Shown here: positions 20,691-30,029 of the stretch, piece after piece
Layout of the letters: each line of letters starts with the position of its first letter
How positions within the stretch are numbered: the stretch's first letter is position 1
Origin: Actinomycetota bacterium
Lineage (GTDB): Bacteria; Actinomycetota; Thermoleophilia; Gaiellales; Gaiellaceae
DNA length: 53,137 bases
Assembly (NCBI GenBank): GCA_046725655.1
Contig: JBKOYZ010000115.1
Coordinates: 1 to 53,137, forward strand
Reading direction: 5' to 3'
Notes under the pieces: model-generated
Databases searched by the model: none
What the model saw: the letters and a program-made list of their open reading frames with translations, nothing else
Told to the model about the DNA's origin: nothing
Made by a program: the position numbers and the translations under genes

Positions 20691-22139
20691 ATGAATTTGG
20701 AGCGCGTCATCTCAGCGCTCGCTCCGACGGACGTGGTGCAACGCGCTTCGGTCGAGATCTCGGACCTCGCGTACGACACGCACACCGTCGTTACGGGCGC
20801 CCTCTTCTTCTGCGTCCCCGGCGAGCGGCACGACGGGCACGGATTCGCGCGCGAGGCGGTACGGTGCGGAGCGGCCGCGCTCGTGGTCGAGCGGCCGCTG
20901 GCGCTCGACGTGCCGCAGCTCGTCGTGCGCGATTCGCGCGTCGCGATGGCGCAGGCGGCCGTTGCCTTCTTCGCCGACCCGACGCGTGAGCTCGACGTCG
21001 CCGGCGTCACCGGCACCACCGGGAAGACGACGACCGCTTACCTCGTGCATTCGATCCTCGGCGCGGCGGGGCGCCGTCCGGGCCTTCTCGGCACGATCGA
21101 GAGCCGCATCGGCGGCGAGAGAAAGCAGGCGATTCGGACGACACCGGAGGCGATCGACCTCCAGCGGGCATTCAGGCAGATGCTCGAGGCGGGCGACCGC
21201 AGCGCGGTGCTCGAGGCGACTTCGCACGGGTCGGAGCTCGGCCGCCTCGACGGTGTCCGCTTCGCCGCGCTGGCGTTCACCAATCTCGGCCAGGATCATC
21301 TCGACTTCCACGGCACGCTCGAGCGCTACTTCGACGCGAAGCGGCGCCTGTTCGTCGAGGGCGAGCGGCCGCCGGCCGCGGTCAACGTCGGAGACGGGCA
21401 CGGGCGCCGGCTGGCCGAGGAGCTGCGCGCGCTCGGGCACGGGCCGCTGCTCACCTTCGGGTTGGCCGATGACGCCGACCTACGTGCGGAGGGTCTCGAA
21501 CTGGACGCTTCCGGCGCCCGTTTCTGCGCAGGCGGCCTAGAGCTCGAGACGAGCCTTCGGGGCCGGTTCAACGTGGAGAACGTGCTCGCCGCGGTGGCGC
21601 TGGCGCGCCTGCTCGGGGTCGGCGACGAGGCGATCGCGGCCGGTGTGGCCGAGCTTCGCGGTGTTCCCGGGCGATTCGAGCCTGTCGACGAGGGCCAGCC
21701 CTTCACGCTGGTCGTCGACTACTCGCACAAGCCCGACGCGCTCGAGAACGTCCTCCGCACGGCGAGGGACCTGGCCCGGAACCGCGTCGTCTGCGTCTTC
21801 GGTTGCGGCGGCGACCGTGACCGTGGCAAACGGCCGCTGATGGGCCGGATCGCGAGCGAGCTCGCGGACGTCGCCATCGTCACCTCCGACAACCCTCGCT
21901 CCGAAGACCCCGACGCGATCATCGCCGAGGTGCTCGAAGGCGTGGCGGCGCCGGTGGACGTCGAGCCCGACCGCGCGGCGGCGATCGAGCGCGCCGTCGG
22001 CCTCGCCGAGCCGGGCGACGTGGTCGTGATCGCCGGCAAGGGCCATGAGCAGGGACAGGAGTTCGCGGACCGGACGCTGCCTTTCGACGATCGCGAGGTC
22101 GCGCGCGAGGCACTCCGCCGCCTCGGAGCAGCGCTGTGA
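20691..22139 (+). CDS. murE: UDP-N-acetylmuramoyl-tripeptide synthetase
   Basis: Start set at ATG 20691 (MNLERV). GVTGTTGKTT P-loop; MurE-specific DNPR (TSDNPRSEDP). Confidence 0.93.
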   Translation: MNLERVISALAPTDVVQRASVEISDLAYDTHTVVTGALFFCVPGERHDGHGFAREAVRCGAAALVVERPLALDVPQLVVRDSRVAMAQAAVAFFADPTRELDVAGVTGTTGKTTTAYLVHSILGAAGRRPGLLGTIESRIGGERKQAIRTTPEAIDLQRAFRQMLEAGDRSAVLEATSHGSELGRLDGVRFAALAFTNLGQDHLDFHGTLERYFDAKRRLFVEGERPPAAVNVGDGHGRRLAEELRALGHGPLLTFGLADDADLRAEGLELDASGARFCAGGLELETSLRGRFNVENVLAAVALARLLGVGDEAIAAGVAELRGVPGRFEPVDEGQPFTLVVDYSHKPDALENVLRTARDLARNRVVCVFGCGGDRDRGKRPLMGRIASELADVAIVTSDNPRSEDPDAIIAEVLEGVAAPVDVEPDRAAAIERAVGLAEPGDVVVIAGKGHEQGQEFADRTLPFDDREVAREALRRLGAAL

Positions 22140-23374
22140 TCGTGCTCGCGCTCGACACTGTCGAGCAGCTTGCGGCCGGGGAGCTGGAGCGGGCGGCGTG
22201 GGCGACGGAGATCACGGGCGTCCAGGTCGACTCCCGGCGCGTCGAGGAGGGAGACCTCTTCGTCGCCGTCGGCACGGGAGCCGACTTCCGCAAGCATGCC
22301 TTCGCCCGCGGTGCGGCCGCGACGCTCGTTCCCGAAGACGCGTTCGCGGCGCTGGGCGCGATCGCGCGCGCGGTCAGGGACCGCAGCTCGGCACACGTGG
22401 TCGGGATCACCGGCTCGATGGGCAAGACGTCCACCAAGGACCTGCTCGCGGCGCTCTGCGCGCCGGCCGCGAGGACGATCGCTGCGGAGGCCAGCTACAA
22501 CAACGAGATCGGCGTGCCGCTGACGGTCTGCCGGCTCGAGCCCGACACGGAGCTCTGCGTGCTCGAGCTGGCGATGCGCGGGTTCGGCCAGATCGCCGAG
22601 CTGTGCGAGATCGCCCGTCCCGACATCGGCGTGGTCACGAACGTCGGCCCCGTGCACCTCGAGCTCGTCGACTCGCTCGAGGGCGTCGTCCGCGCGAAGA
22701 GCGAGCTCGTCGCGGCGCTGCCGCCGGGCGCCACCGCGATCGTGCCGAAGGACTTTCCGGTCGAGCGCGACGACCTGAACGTCGTCCGGCTCGGGCGGCC
22801 CGACGCCGAGGTGCACGATGGTCGCACCGTCGTCGGCGGCGTCAGCTTCAACTTCACAGCCGCCCACCAGGCGGCGAATGCCGCGGCCGCGCTCGCGGCG
22901 CTCGACGCGCTCGGGCTGCCCCGGCCGGGGCGGGTCGACGTCGACTTCTCCCAGTGGCGCGGCGAGGAGCGCGAGCTGCCGGGCGGCGGGCTCCTGATCA
23001 ACGACGCCTACAACGCGAACCCGGTCTCGATGCGCGCGGCGCTCGGCTACCTCGCCGAGCGTGCCGGCGACCGGAGGCGGGTGGCCGTGCTCGGCGACAT
23101 GGCAGAGCTCGGCCGGACCGGCCCCGGCTATCACCGCGAGGTCGGCGCAGCGGCCTCCGAGCTCGGCGTCCAGGAGCTGCTCGCGGTCGGACAGCTGGCG
23201 CGCGGCTACCTCGAAGGCGCCGCCGGAGTGCCGTCGCATTGGGCGCCGAACGTGCACGAGGCGCTGCGTGAGCTCGACGAGGTCGTCCGGCCCGGGGATG
23301 CCGTGCTCGTGAAAGGCTCCCGGGCGATGGGACTGGAGGCGGTCGCCGAAGCGCTAACGGTGGTGAAGGCGTAA
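22136..23374 (+). CDS. murF: UDP-N-acetylmuramoyl-tripeptide--D-alanyl-D-alanine ligase
   Basis: GTGA overlap with murE. GITGSMGKTSTK, NNEIGVPLT, DAYNANP. Confidence 0.9.
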   Translation: MIVLALDTVEQLAAGELERAAWATEITGVQVDSRRVEEGDLFVAVGTGADFRKHAFARGAAATLVPEDAFAALGAIARAVRDRSSAHVVGITGSMGKTSTKDLLAALCAPAARTIAAEASYNNEIGVPLTVCRLEPDTELCVLELAMRGFGQIAELCEIARPDIGVVTNVGPVHLELVDSLEGVVRAKSELVAALPPGATAIVPKDFPVERDDLNVVRLGRPDAEVHDGRTVVGGVSFNFTAAHQAANAAAALAALDALGLPRPGRVDVDFSQWRGEERELPGGGLLINDAYNANPVSMRAALGYLAERAGDRRRVAVLGDMAELGRTGPGYHREVGAAASELGVQELLAVGQLARGYLEGAAGVPSHWAPNVHEALRELDEVVRPGDAVLVKGSRAMGLEAVAEALTVVKA

Positions 23375-23538
23375 AATGCGCCGCCCGGCACCGTCCGGCG
23401 CACTTCTGGCGGCTGCAAGGCGGCGCCATGCAGCGTCCTCGGTCGCGCCCGTATCTACGGATACGGGCGCTCCCTGCGTCCTTGCCTGGCTTGCTTTTCG
23501 CGCGCCAGAAGCACGCCAACGGCACCGGGCGGCGCATT
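23375..23538. repeat. 164-nt palindromic spacer: 37/36-nt inverted arms plus central perfect 11-bp hairpin
   Basis: Arms 23375-23411 and 23503-23538 match at 31/37 positions as a reverse complement. Central hairpin is GCGCCCGTATC-tacg-GATACGGGCGC at 23445-23470. The element fills the whole murF-mraY gap. Confidence 0.7.
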
Positions 23539-23539
23539 A

Positions 23540-24544
23540 GTGGTCCGCGTCCTGATCGCGGGTCTCGCCGCGATGCTGATCTCGATCCTCGCCGGGCCGC
23601 GCTTCATCGCCTTCCTGCGCCGCCGCGAGTACGGACAGACGATCCGCGAGGAGGGGCCCGAGCGCCACGTCACCAAGCAGGGAACGCCGATCATGGGCGG
23701 GCTGCTGATGATCGGCGTGGCCACGGCCGCCTACCTGGCGTTGGCGAAGTACACCGTGCCGGCGCTGACAGTCCTCTTCGTCACCCTCGCCTGCGGCGCG
23801 GTCGGCTTCATCGACGACTTCATCAAGGTGACACACCGCCGCTCGCTCGGGCTGAAGGGGCGCTGGAAGCTCCTGCTGCTCGCCGCGATCACCGTCGGCG
23901 TCGCGTTCGCAGCGCGCCACCAGCACCTGCCCACGAACGTCTACGTGCCCGGCCTCGGGCACATCGAGCTCTCGTGGGCCTGGTACGTGTTGCTCTTCCT
24001 CGTCATCGCCGGCACCGCGAACGGCGTCAACCTGACGGACGGCCTCGACGGCCTCGCCGCCGGAACCGGGATCATCGCCCTCTTCACCTACACGGCGATG
24101 AACGTGATCGCCTGGATCCGCTCCGGCCCCCCGGGCGACCGCTTCGACACGAAGCTCGACCTCGCGATCGTGGGCGCCGCCTTGATCGGCGGCGCGATCG
24201 GCTTCCTCTGGTACAACGCCTTCCCCGCGGAGGTGTTCATGGGCGACACCGGCTCGATGGCGATCGGCGGTGCGCTCGCCGGCTTCGCGATCATGACGAA
24301 GACGATCTTCCTGCTGCTCCTGATCGGCGGCATCTTCGCGATCGAGGCGATCTCTGTGATCCTCCAGGTCTTCTCGTTCCGCTACTGGGGCCGCCGGATC
24401 TTCCTGATGACACCGATTCATTACCACTTCGAGATGAAGGCCTGGTCCGAGACGAAGGTGATGGTCCGGTTCTGGATCGTGACCGGCCTGCTCTGTGCGG
24501 CCGCGTTCGCGTTGTATTACCGCTACTTCCGCGGATTCCGCTGA
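23540..24544 (+). CDS. mraY: phospho-N-acetylmuramoyl-pentapeptide transferase
   Basis: GTPIMGG, NGVNLTDGLDGLA, FMGDTGSMAIGG, PIHYHFE; about 10 TM segments. Confidence 0.95.
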   Translation: MVRVLIAGLAAMLISILAGPRFIAFLRRREYGQTIREEGPERHVTKQGTPIMGGLLMIGVATAAYLALAKYTVPALTVLFVTLACGAVGFIDDFIKVTHRRSLGLKGRWKLLLLAAITVGVAFAARHQHLPTNVYVPGLGHIELSWAWYVLLFLVIAGTANGVNLTDGLDGLAAGTGIIALFTYTAMNVIAWIRSGPPGDRFDTKLDLAIVGAALIGGAIGFLWYNAFPAEVFMGDTGSMAIGGALAGFAIMTKTIFLLLLIGGIFAIEAISVILQVFSFRYWGRRIFLMTPIHYHFEMKAWSETKVMVRFWIVTGLLCAAAFALYYRYFRGFR

Positions 24545-24561
24545 GCGAGCTGCCGAACCGT

Positions 24562-25725
24562 GTGCTCGTGCTCGGGCTCGCACGCTCCGGGCTCGCGGCG
24601 GCGGCGGCGCTCGAGCGTCGCGGCGTCGACGTCGTGCGCGCGGACCGCGAGTTGGGCAACGACGAAGACGTCGGGCTGCTCGACGGGGTGGGGCTGCTGG
24701 TCAAGAGCCCTGGCGTCCCGGGAGAGGCGAGGCTCGTTGCGGAGGCGCGCGAGCGCGGCGTGCCCGTGTGGAGCGAGGTCGAGCTCGGCTATCGGCTGCT
24801 GCCGAACCCGATCCTCGGCGTCACCGGCACGAACGGGAAGACGACGACTGCCGAGTGGCTCGGCTTCATCCTGGACACACCCGTGGCTGGAAACGTCGGT
24901 CGTGCTTTGACCGACCTCGACGGCGAGGTCCGGCCGGAGCAACTGATCGTGTGCGAGCTGTCGTCGTTCCAGCTCGAGGACATTCACGAGCTCCGGCCGC
25001 GAGTCGCCGTGCTGCTCAACCTCGAGCCCGACCATCTCGACCGCCACGGCTCGTTCGGCGCCTACCGCGAGGCGAAGCTGCGGATCTTCGAGAACCAGGC
25101 CGCCGATGACACCGCCGTCGTGCCGCGTGGCTTTCCGCTCGCGCGCGACGTCCGCCGCGTCGAGTTCTCGGCGGGCGATGAGCTCCCGGCCGAGCCGGCA
25201 CTGCGCGGCGCCCACAACCGCGAGAACGCGGCCGCTGCGACGGCAGCCGCGCGCGCGGCGGGCGCAGACGACGAGCAGATCGCGCGCGGGTTGCGCGAGT
25301 TCAGGGGGGTGCCGCACCGGCTGGAACTCGTCGGGGAGCGGCGGGGTGTGCGCTACGTCAACGACTCGAAGGCGACGAACGTCGCGGCGGCCGTGCGGGC
25401 GCTCGCCGCGTACGAGGACGAGCCGTTGCGCCTGATCCTCGGTGGCTCGCGCAAGCGCGAGGATTTCGCGCCGCTGGCAGCAGCCCTCGGTCCGAACATC
25501 CGCGCCGTCTACGTGATCGGCGAGACGGCCGACGAGCTCGCGCGTGCGATTCCGGACACGATCCGGGCCGACGACCTCGCGACTGCGGTCGACCGCGCGG
25601 CGGCCGCCGCCCAGCCCGGGGAGGTCGTGCTGCTGTCACCTGCGTGCGCGAGCTACGACCAGTTCCGCGACTTCGAGCAGCGCGGCGAGGAGTTCAAGCG
25701 CCTGGTGGCGAACCTGCCTATGTGA
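24562..25725 (+). CDS. murD: UDP-N-acetylmuramoylalanine--D-glutamate ligase
   Basis: VLVLGLARSG Rossmann start, GVTGTNGKTTT, DSKATN. Start uncertain: GTG 24562 or CTG 24541 overlapping the mraY stop. The rest of the 765-aa ORF is out-of-frame mraY overlap. Confidence 0.88.
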   Translation: MLVLGLARSGLAAAAALERRGVDVVRADRELGNDEDVGLLDGVGLLVKSPGVPGEARLVAEARERGVPVWSEVELGYRLLPNPILGVTGTNGKTTTAEWLGFILDTPVAGNVGRALTDLDGEVRPEQLIVCELSSFQLEDIHELRPRVAVLLNLEPDHLDRHGSFGAYREAKLRIFENQAADDTAVVPRGFPLARDVRRVEFSAGDELPAEPALRGAHNRENAAAATAAARAAGADDEQIARGLREFRGVPHRLELVGERRGVRYVNDSKATNVAAAVRALAAYEDEPLRLILGGSRKREDFAPLAAALGPNIRAVYVIGETADELARAIPDTIRADDLATAVDRAAAAAQPGEVVLLSPACASYDQFRDFEQRGEEFKRLVANLPM

Positions 25726-26957
25726 GAAAAGGGCAGTTCGAGGCCAGGCTTCTGCTTCTGGTCAGTTTCGCCCTGGTCGCGTTCGGCCTCGTGATGGTCT
25801 ACAGCGCGACCTCGGCATCGGCCGCGCTGCAGAACGGCGACCCTGCTTACTACGTCAAGCGCCAGGCGATCTACGCCGGGCTCGGCCTCGTGCTGATGTT
25901 CATGCTCGCGCGGCTCCGCTTCGCCGCGCTCCGGCGGCTCGCCCCGACGCTCGTGGTGACGAGCCTCGTCCTGCTCGCGGCGGTGCTGGTGGTCGGGCAG
26001 GCGGTCAACGGTGCGCGCCGCTGGCTCACGTTCGGCCCCTTCGTCTTCCAGCCGTCGGAGTTCGCGAAGCTCGCGCTCGCCGTCTGGGCGGCGGCGTTCG
26101 TCGCGCGCCGTCGGCCACCGATGACGCTGAAGCAGCTGTGGCGGCCCGTCGGCGCGCTGGCGTCGCTGTACGCGGGCCTACTGCTGCTCGAGCCGGATCT
26201 CGGGACGGCGATCACGATCTTCCTGATGCTCGCGGGGATGCTGCTCATCTCGGGCACCCCGGTGCGAGCCCTGGGCGGTGGGCTGTCGATCGCCGCCGCA
26301 GTCGGGCTCGTCGCGATCTGGTTCGAGCCCTACCGGCGTGCGCGGATCTTCGCGTTCGTCAATCCGTGGCACGACGCGCAGGGAGCCGGGTTCCAGATCG
26401 TCCAGGCGATGATCGGCCTCGGCTCCGGCGGGCCTTTCGGCGTCGGTCTCGGGCAGAGCGTGCAAAAGGCGAATTACCTGCCCGAGGCGCACACGGACAT
26501 GATCTTCGCGATCATCGGCGAGGAGCTCGGGCTCGTCGGTACGACGGCGCTGATCGCCGCCTACGTCATCTTCGCCTACGTGGGATTTCGTATCGCCCTG
26601 CGCTGCCGCGATCCCTTCGGCAAGGCCCTCGCATCGGGGCTGACGATCCTCGTCTGCGGCCAAGCGGCGGTCAATCTCGCCGCCGTGATGGGGCTGGCGC
26701 CGCTGACGGGCATCCCGCTGCCATTCGTGTCCTACGGTGGCTCGAGCCTAATCGTCGCTCTCGCCGCGGTCGGCATCCTCCTTAACATCGCGGTCGGCCA
26801 TGGCGGAGAGGCGAGAGCTGGCGTGCGTGATCGCGGCCGGGGGGACGGCGGGACACGTGCTGCCGGCGCTCGCCGTCGCCGAGGCACTGCAGGCGCGCGG
26901 CGTCCGCGTGAGCTTCGCCGGGTCGCCGGATCGCGTCGAAGCGCGGCTCGTTCCTGA
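25722..26957 (+). CDS. ftsW: SEDS-family peptidoglycan glycosyltransferase FtsW
   Basis: GTG 25722 overlaps the murD stop. 10-TM SEDS sequence (VMVYSATS, QPSEFAKL, LPEAHTDMIFA, PLPFVSYGGSS). Arg/Gly-rich tail runs 158 nt into murG. Confidence 0.88.
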   Translation: MRKGQFEARLLLLVSFALVAFGLVMVYSATSASAALQNGDPAYYVKRQAIYAGLGLVLMFMLARLRFAALRRLAPTLVVTSLVLLAAVLVVGQAVNGARRWLTFGPFVFQPSEFAKLALAVWAAAFVARRRPPMTLKQLWRPVGALASLYAGLLLLEPDLGTAITIFLMLAGMLLISGTPVRALGGGLSIAAAVGLVAIWFEPYRRARIFAFVNPWHDAQGAGFQIVQAMIGLGSGGPFGVGLGQSVQKANYLPEAHTDMIFAIIGEELGLVGTTALIAAYVIFAYVGFRIALRCRDPFGKALASGLTILVCGQAAVNLAAVMGLAPLTGIPLPFVSYGGSSLIVALAAVGILLNIAVGHGGEARAGVRDRGRGDGGTRAAGARRRRGTAGARRPRELRRVAGSRRSAARS

Positions 26958-27870
26958 CGCCGGCTACGAGTTCGATCCGTTCGACAGCGCGGGCCTGCCA
27001 CGGCGGCCGGGGATCGCGTTGGGACGCGCGCTCGTGACGGCGGCGCGCGCGCCGGGCGCATGCCTGCAGATCCTCAGCCGGCGGCGACCGGACGTCGTTC
27101 TCGGCGGTGGCGGCTACGTCTCCGGGCCGATGGTGCTCGCGGCGGCCCTCCGACGGACCACGACGGCCGTTCTCGAAGCGGACGCGCACCTCGGGCTGGC
27201 GAACCGGCTCTCGGCGCCGTTCGCCGAGCGAGTCTTCCTCGCACTGCCGGTCGATGGACGGGACGGCGCGAAGTACCGCGTCACCGGCAGGCCGGTCCCT
27301 GCGCGCTCTAAGGCGTCGCCGCGCGCGGACGCTCGTCGCTTGTTCGACCTCCCGCCGGAGGGTCCCGTCCTGCTCGTGCTCGGCGGCAGCCAGGGCGCCC
27401 GGCGGCTGAACGAGCTTGCGGTGGAGACGTGGGCCGATGACGGGCCCGCCGTGCTCCATCTTTGCGGCGAGCGCGACCATGAGTCTCTGCGCGGGCGAGT
27501 TACGCGGCCGGACTACCGCCTGCTGCCGTTCACAGACCGGATCGGCGCCGCGTACGGGGCCGCCGACGTTGCGCTCGCGCGCGCGGGCGGGTCGGTCTGG
27601 GAGCTCGCCGCAGCCGGCCTGCCTGCCGTCCTCGTCCCGTATCCGCACGCGACCGCCGACCACCAGGCGAAGAACGCGCGCCATTTCGAGGCTGCCGGCG
27701 GCACGGTCGTCCTGCCGGAAGACGAGCTGGAGCGCGTTCCAGGCCTCGTGGACGAGCTGCTGGGCGACGCGTTGCGACGCGACCGGATGCGCCAGGCGAT
27801 GCTCGCGGCTGCTCGTCCGCAGGCGGCGGAGGAGATCGCCGAGGAGCTGATCGCACTTGCCTCCGCTTGA
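26800..27870 (+). CDS. murG: undecaprenyldiphospho-muramoylpentapeptide beta-N-acetylglucosaminyltransferase
   Basis: N-terminal G-loop AAGGTAGHVLPA, GGSQGA, ADHQxxNA. Confidence 0.95.
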   Translation: MAERRELACVIAAGGTAGHVLPALAVAEALQARGVRVSFAGSPDRVEARLVPDAGYEFDPFDSAGLPRRPGIALGRALVTAARAPGACLQILSRRRPDVVLGGGGYVSGPMVLAAALRRTTTAVLEADAHLGLANRLSAPFAERVFLALPVDGRDGAKYRVTGRPVPARSKASPRADARRLFDLPPEGPVLLVLGGSQGARRLNELAVETWADDGPAVLHLCGERDHESLRGRVTRPDYRLLPFTDRIGAAYGAADVALARAGGSVWELAAAGLPAVLVPYPHATADHQAKNARHFEAAGGTVVLPEDELERVPGLVDELLGDALRRDRMRQAMLAAARPQAAEEIAEELIALASA

Positions 27871-29035
27871 GGGCCGCCGGATCTGGTTCGTCGGCATCGG
27901 CGGAGCCGGGCTGTCAGGCTACGCGGTTCTCGCGCGCGCGTGGGGGGCCGAGGTCGGCGGCTGGGATCGCGTGTCGACGCCGTACCTCAGGCAGCTCGAA
28001 GGCGTGGTCGTCGAGCTTGCACGGGAACCGGTTGTCCCGGAGGGCTGGCCGGAGGTCGTCGTCTCGACCGCATACCGCGACCGCGCCCGGGGCAAGCCGC
28101 GGGCCGAGTTCCTCGCCGAACTCGTCTCCCTCCAGCGCTCGATCGTGGTCGCGGGCGCGCACGGGAAGACGACGACCGCGGCCATGATCGCCTTCTGCCT
28201 CGACCGGCTTGGCAACGACCCGTCGTTTCTGATCGGCGGCGAGGTGCCGCAGCTGGGCGGAAACGCTCGCGCCGGGAGCGGGTGGCTCGTCGTCGAAGGC
28301 GACGAGTCCGATCGGACGATCGCGGCTCTTCGGCCGGAGATCGCGGTCGTCACGAACGTCGACCTCGATCACCACAGCGAGTTCGCCGCGCTGGCGGAAG
28401 TCGAGGAGCTGTTCGCGCAGTGGGCCGCCGCGGCGCCGAGGTCGGTGCTGGGGTCGGAGCTCGAGTCCGTCGATCTCGAGCTTGCTATCGCCGGCGAGCA
28501 CAACCGTCGGAATGCGGCCGTGGCGCTGGCGGCGCTCGAGGCGGCGGGCGTCGATCGGGACGAGGCGGCGCAGGTGCTCGTCGGGTTCGAAGGCGCAGGC
28601 CGCCGGCTCGAGGTCCGCGGCCATCCTGGCGGCGTCGATGTGATCGACAGCTACGCGCACCACCCAGCGGAGATCGCAGCAGATCTCGCCGCCGTTCGAG
28701 ACGGCGGGCGCGTCCTCGCGCTCTTCCAGCCGCACCTCTATTCGCGGACGCGGCATCTCGCGAGTGAGCTTGGCGAGGCGCTGGCGGCGGCTGATGTCGT
28801 CGCCGTTACCGAGGTGTACCGGGCGCGCGAGGAGCCCGTCGAGGGCGTGACTGGCAAGTTGGTCGTCGACGCGGTCGTCGAGGCACGCCCCGGGATGGAG
28901 GTGGGGTGGACGCCGGCGGTGAAGGACGGCGCCCGTTTCCTTGCGCGGCGTGCGCGCGCGGGTGACCGCGTGCTGACTCTCGGGGCCGGCGACGTCGATC
29001 GGGCGGTGCCGTTTCTGCTCGAGGCGCTGGCTTGA
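27857..29035 (+). CDS. murC: UDP-N-acetylmuramate--L-alanine ligase (compact, 392 aa)
   Basis: TTG start. FVGIGGAGLSGYA, GAHGKTTTAAM, EGDESD, HNRRNA. Confidence 0.88.
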   Translation: MPPLEGRRIWFVGIGGAGLSGYAVLARAWGAEVGGWDRVSTPYLRQLEGVVVELAREPVVPEGWPEVVVSTAYRDRARGKPRAEFLAELVSLQRSIVVAGAHGKTTTAAMIAFCLDRLGNDPSFLIGGEVPQLGGNARAGSGWLVVEGDESDRTIAALRPEIAVVTNVDLDHHSEFAALAEVEELFAQWAAAAPRSVLGSELESVDLELAIAGEHNRRNAAVALAALEAAGVDRDEAAQVLVGFEGAGRRLEVRGHPGGVDVIDSYAHHPAEIAADLAAVRDGGRVLALFQPHLYSRTRHLASELGEALAAADVVAVTEVYRAREEPVEGVTGKLVVDAVVEARPGMEVGWTPAVKDGARFLARRARAGDRVLTLGAGDVDRAVPFLLEALA

Positions 29036-29910
29036 AGATCGAGCACGACGTCGGGCTCGGGCGGTTCACGACGCTCGGCGCCGGCGGGGCCGCTCGTGCA
29101 TTCGCCCGGCCGAGCACTGTCGAGGAGGTCGCCGAGGCACTTGTCTGGGCGCGTGAACGTGAGCTTCCAGTCGCGACTATCGGACTGGGGTCGAACCTGC
29201 TCGTCGCCGATGAGGGTGTCGAGGCGCTCGTCCTGAAGCTGGGCGGCGCGCTTGCGGCCGCGGAGGTGCGGGGGGATCTGCTCGCCGCGGGAGGCGGGGC
29301 GCCCAACGCGGTCTGCCTGCACCGTGCGCGGGCGGCAGGCCTCGGCGGCTTCGAGTTCGCCTGCGCGATCCCCGGCACGACCGGTGGGGGCGTCTGGATG
29401 AACGCGGGGGCGTACGGCAGCGACTGGTCGCAGGTCCTGGAGCGCGCGCTCGTGGTCGACGACGGCGGGGCCCGGTGGCTGACGCCGCCCGAGCTCGGTC
29501 TGTCGTATCGCCGCTCCGCGCTACAGCAGGGTCAGGTCGTCGCGCGGACGGAGTTCCGGCTCGCGCCCAAGCCCCAGGACGAGATCAAGGCGAAGGTGGG
29601 CGAGCTGCAGGCACTGCGCAAGGCCGCCCAGCCGACGAACAAGCGCACCTTCGGCAGCGTGTTCAAGAACCCGGAGCACGAGCTGAGCGCCGGCCGGATG
29701 CTCGACGCCTGCGGCCTGAAGGGGCATCGGATCCGCGGCGCTCAGATTTCTCCGCGTCACGCGAACTTCATCGAGAACGCAGACGGAGCTCGGGCCGCCG
29801 ACGCCGTCGCCTTGATGGCCGAGGCGCGCCGCCGTGCGCATCAGCAGTACGGCGTCGAGCTCGAGCACGAGGTCGAGTTCCTGGGGCCGATCGAGCTTCC
29901 GCCGCTCTGA
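29032..29910 (+). CDS. murB: UDP-N-acetylenolpyruvoylglucosamine reductase
   Basis: TTGA overlap with murC. FAD-binding GLGSNLLV, GSVFKNP, ISPRHANFIEN. Confidence 0.9.
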   Translation: MKIEHDVGLGRFTTLGAGGAARAFARPSTVEEVAEALVWARERELPVATIGLGSNLLVADEGVEALVLKLGGALAAAEVRGDLLAAGGGAPNAVCLHRARAAGLGGFEFACAIPGTTGGGVWMNAGAYGSDWSQVLERALVVDDGGARWLTPPELGLSYRRSALQQGQVVARTEFRLAPKPQDEIKAKVGELQALRKAAQPTNKRTFGSVFKNPEHELSAGRMLDACGLKGHRIRGAQISPRHANFIENADGARAADAVALMAEARRRAHQQYGVELEHEVEFLGPIELPPL

Positions 29911-29984
29911 GCGTGCGGGCGTCCTGCGCGACCCAGTTGCGAGGCGTACGCAAACGGCTCGCCCCGCGAACCCGAAACCCAGCT

Positions 29985-30029
29985 GCAGCCGCGGCCCGGG
30001 CAGCCGTGGCCGCCGCAGCCGTGGCCCCT
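29985..30029. repeat. 15-nt tandem repeat x3 in the murB-ftsQ gap
   Basis: GCAGCCGCGGCCCGG / GCAGCCGTGGCCGCC / GCAGCCGTGGCCCCT, head to tail. Confidence 0.7.

Noticed and set aside
23428-24561. N-terminal ~370 codons of the 765-aa ORF
   Set aside because: This is an out-of-frame overlap of mraY. MurD similarity begins only at VLVLGLARSG, just after the mraY stop.
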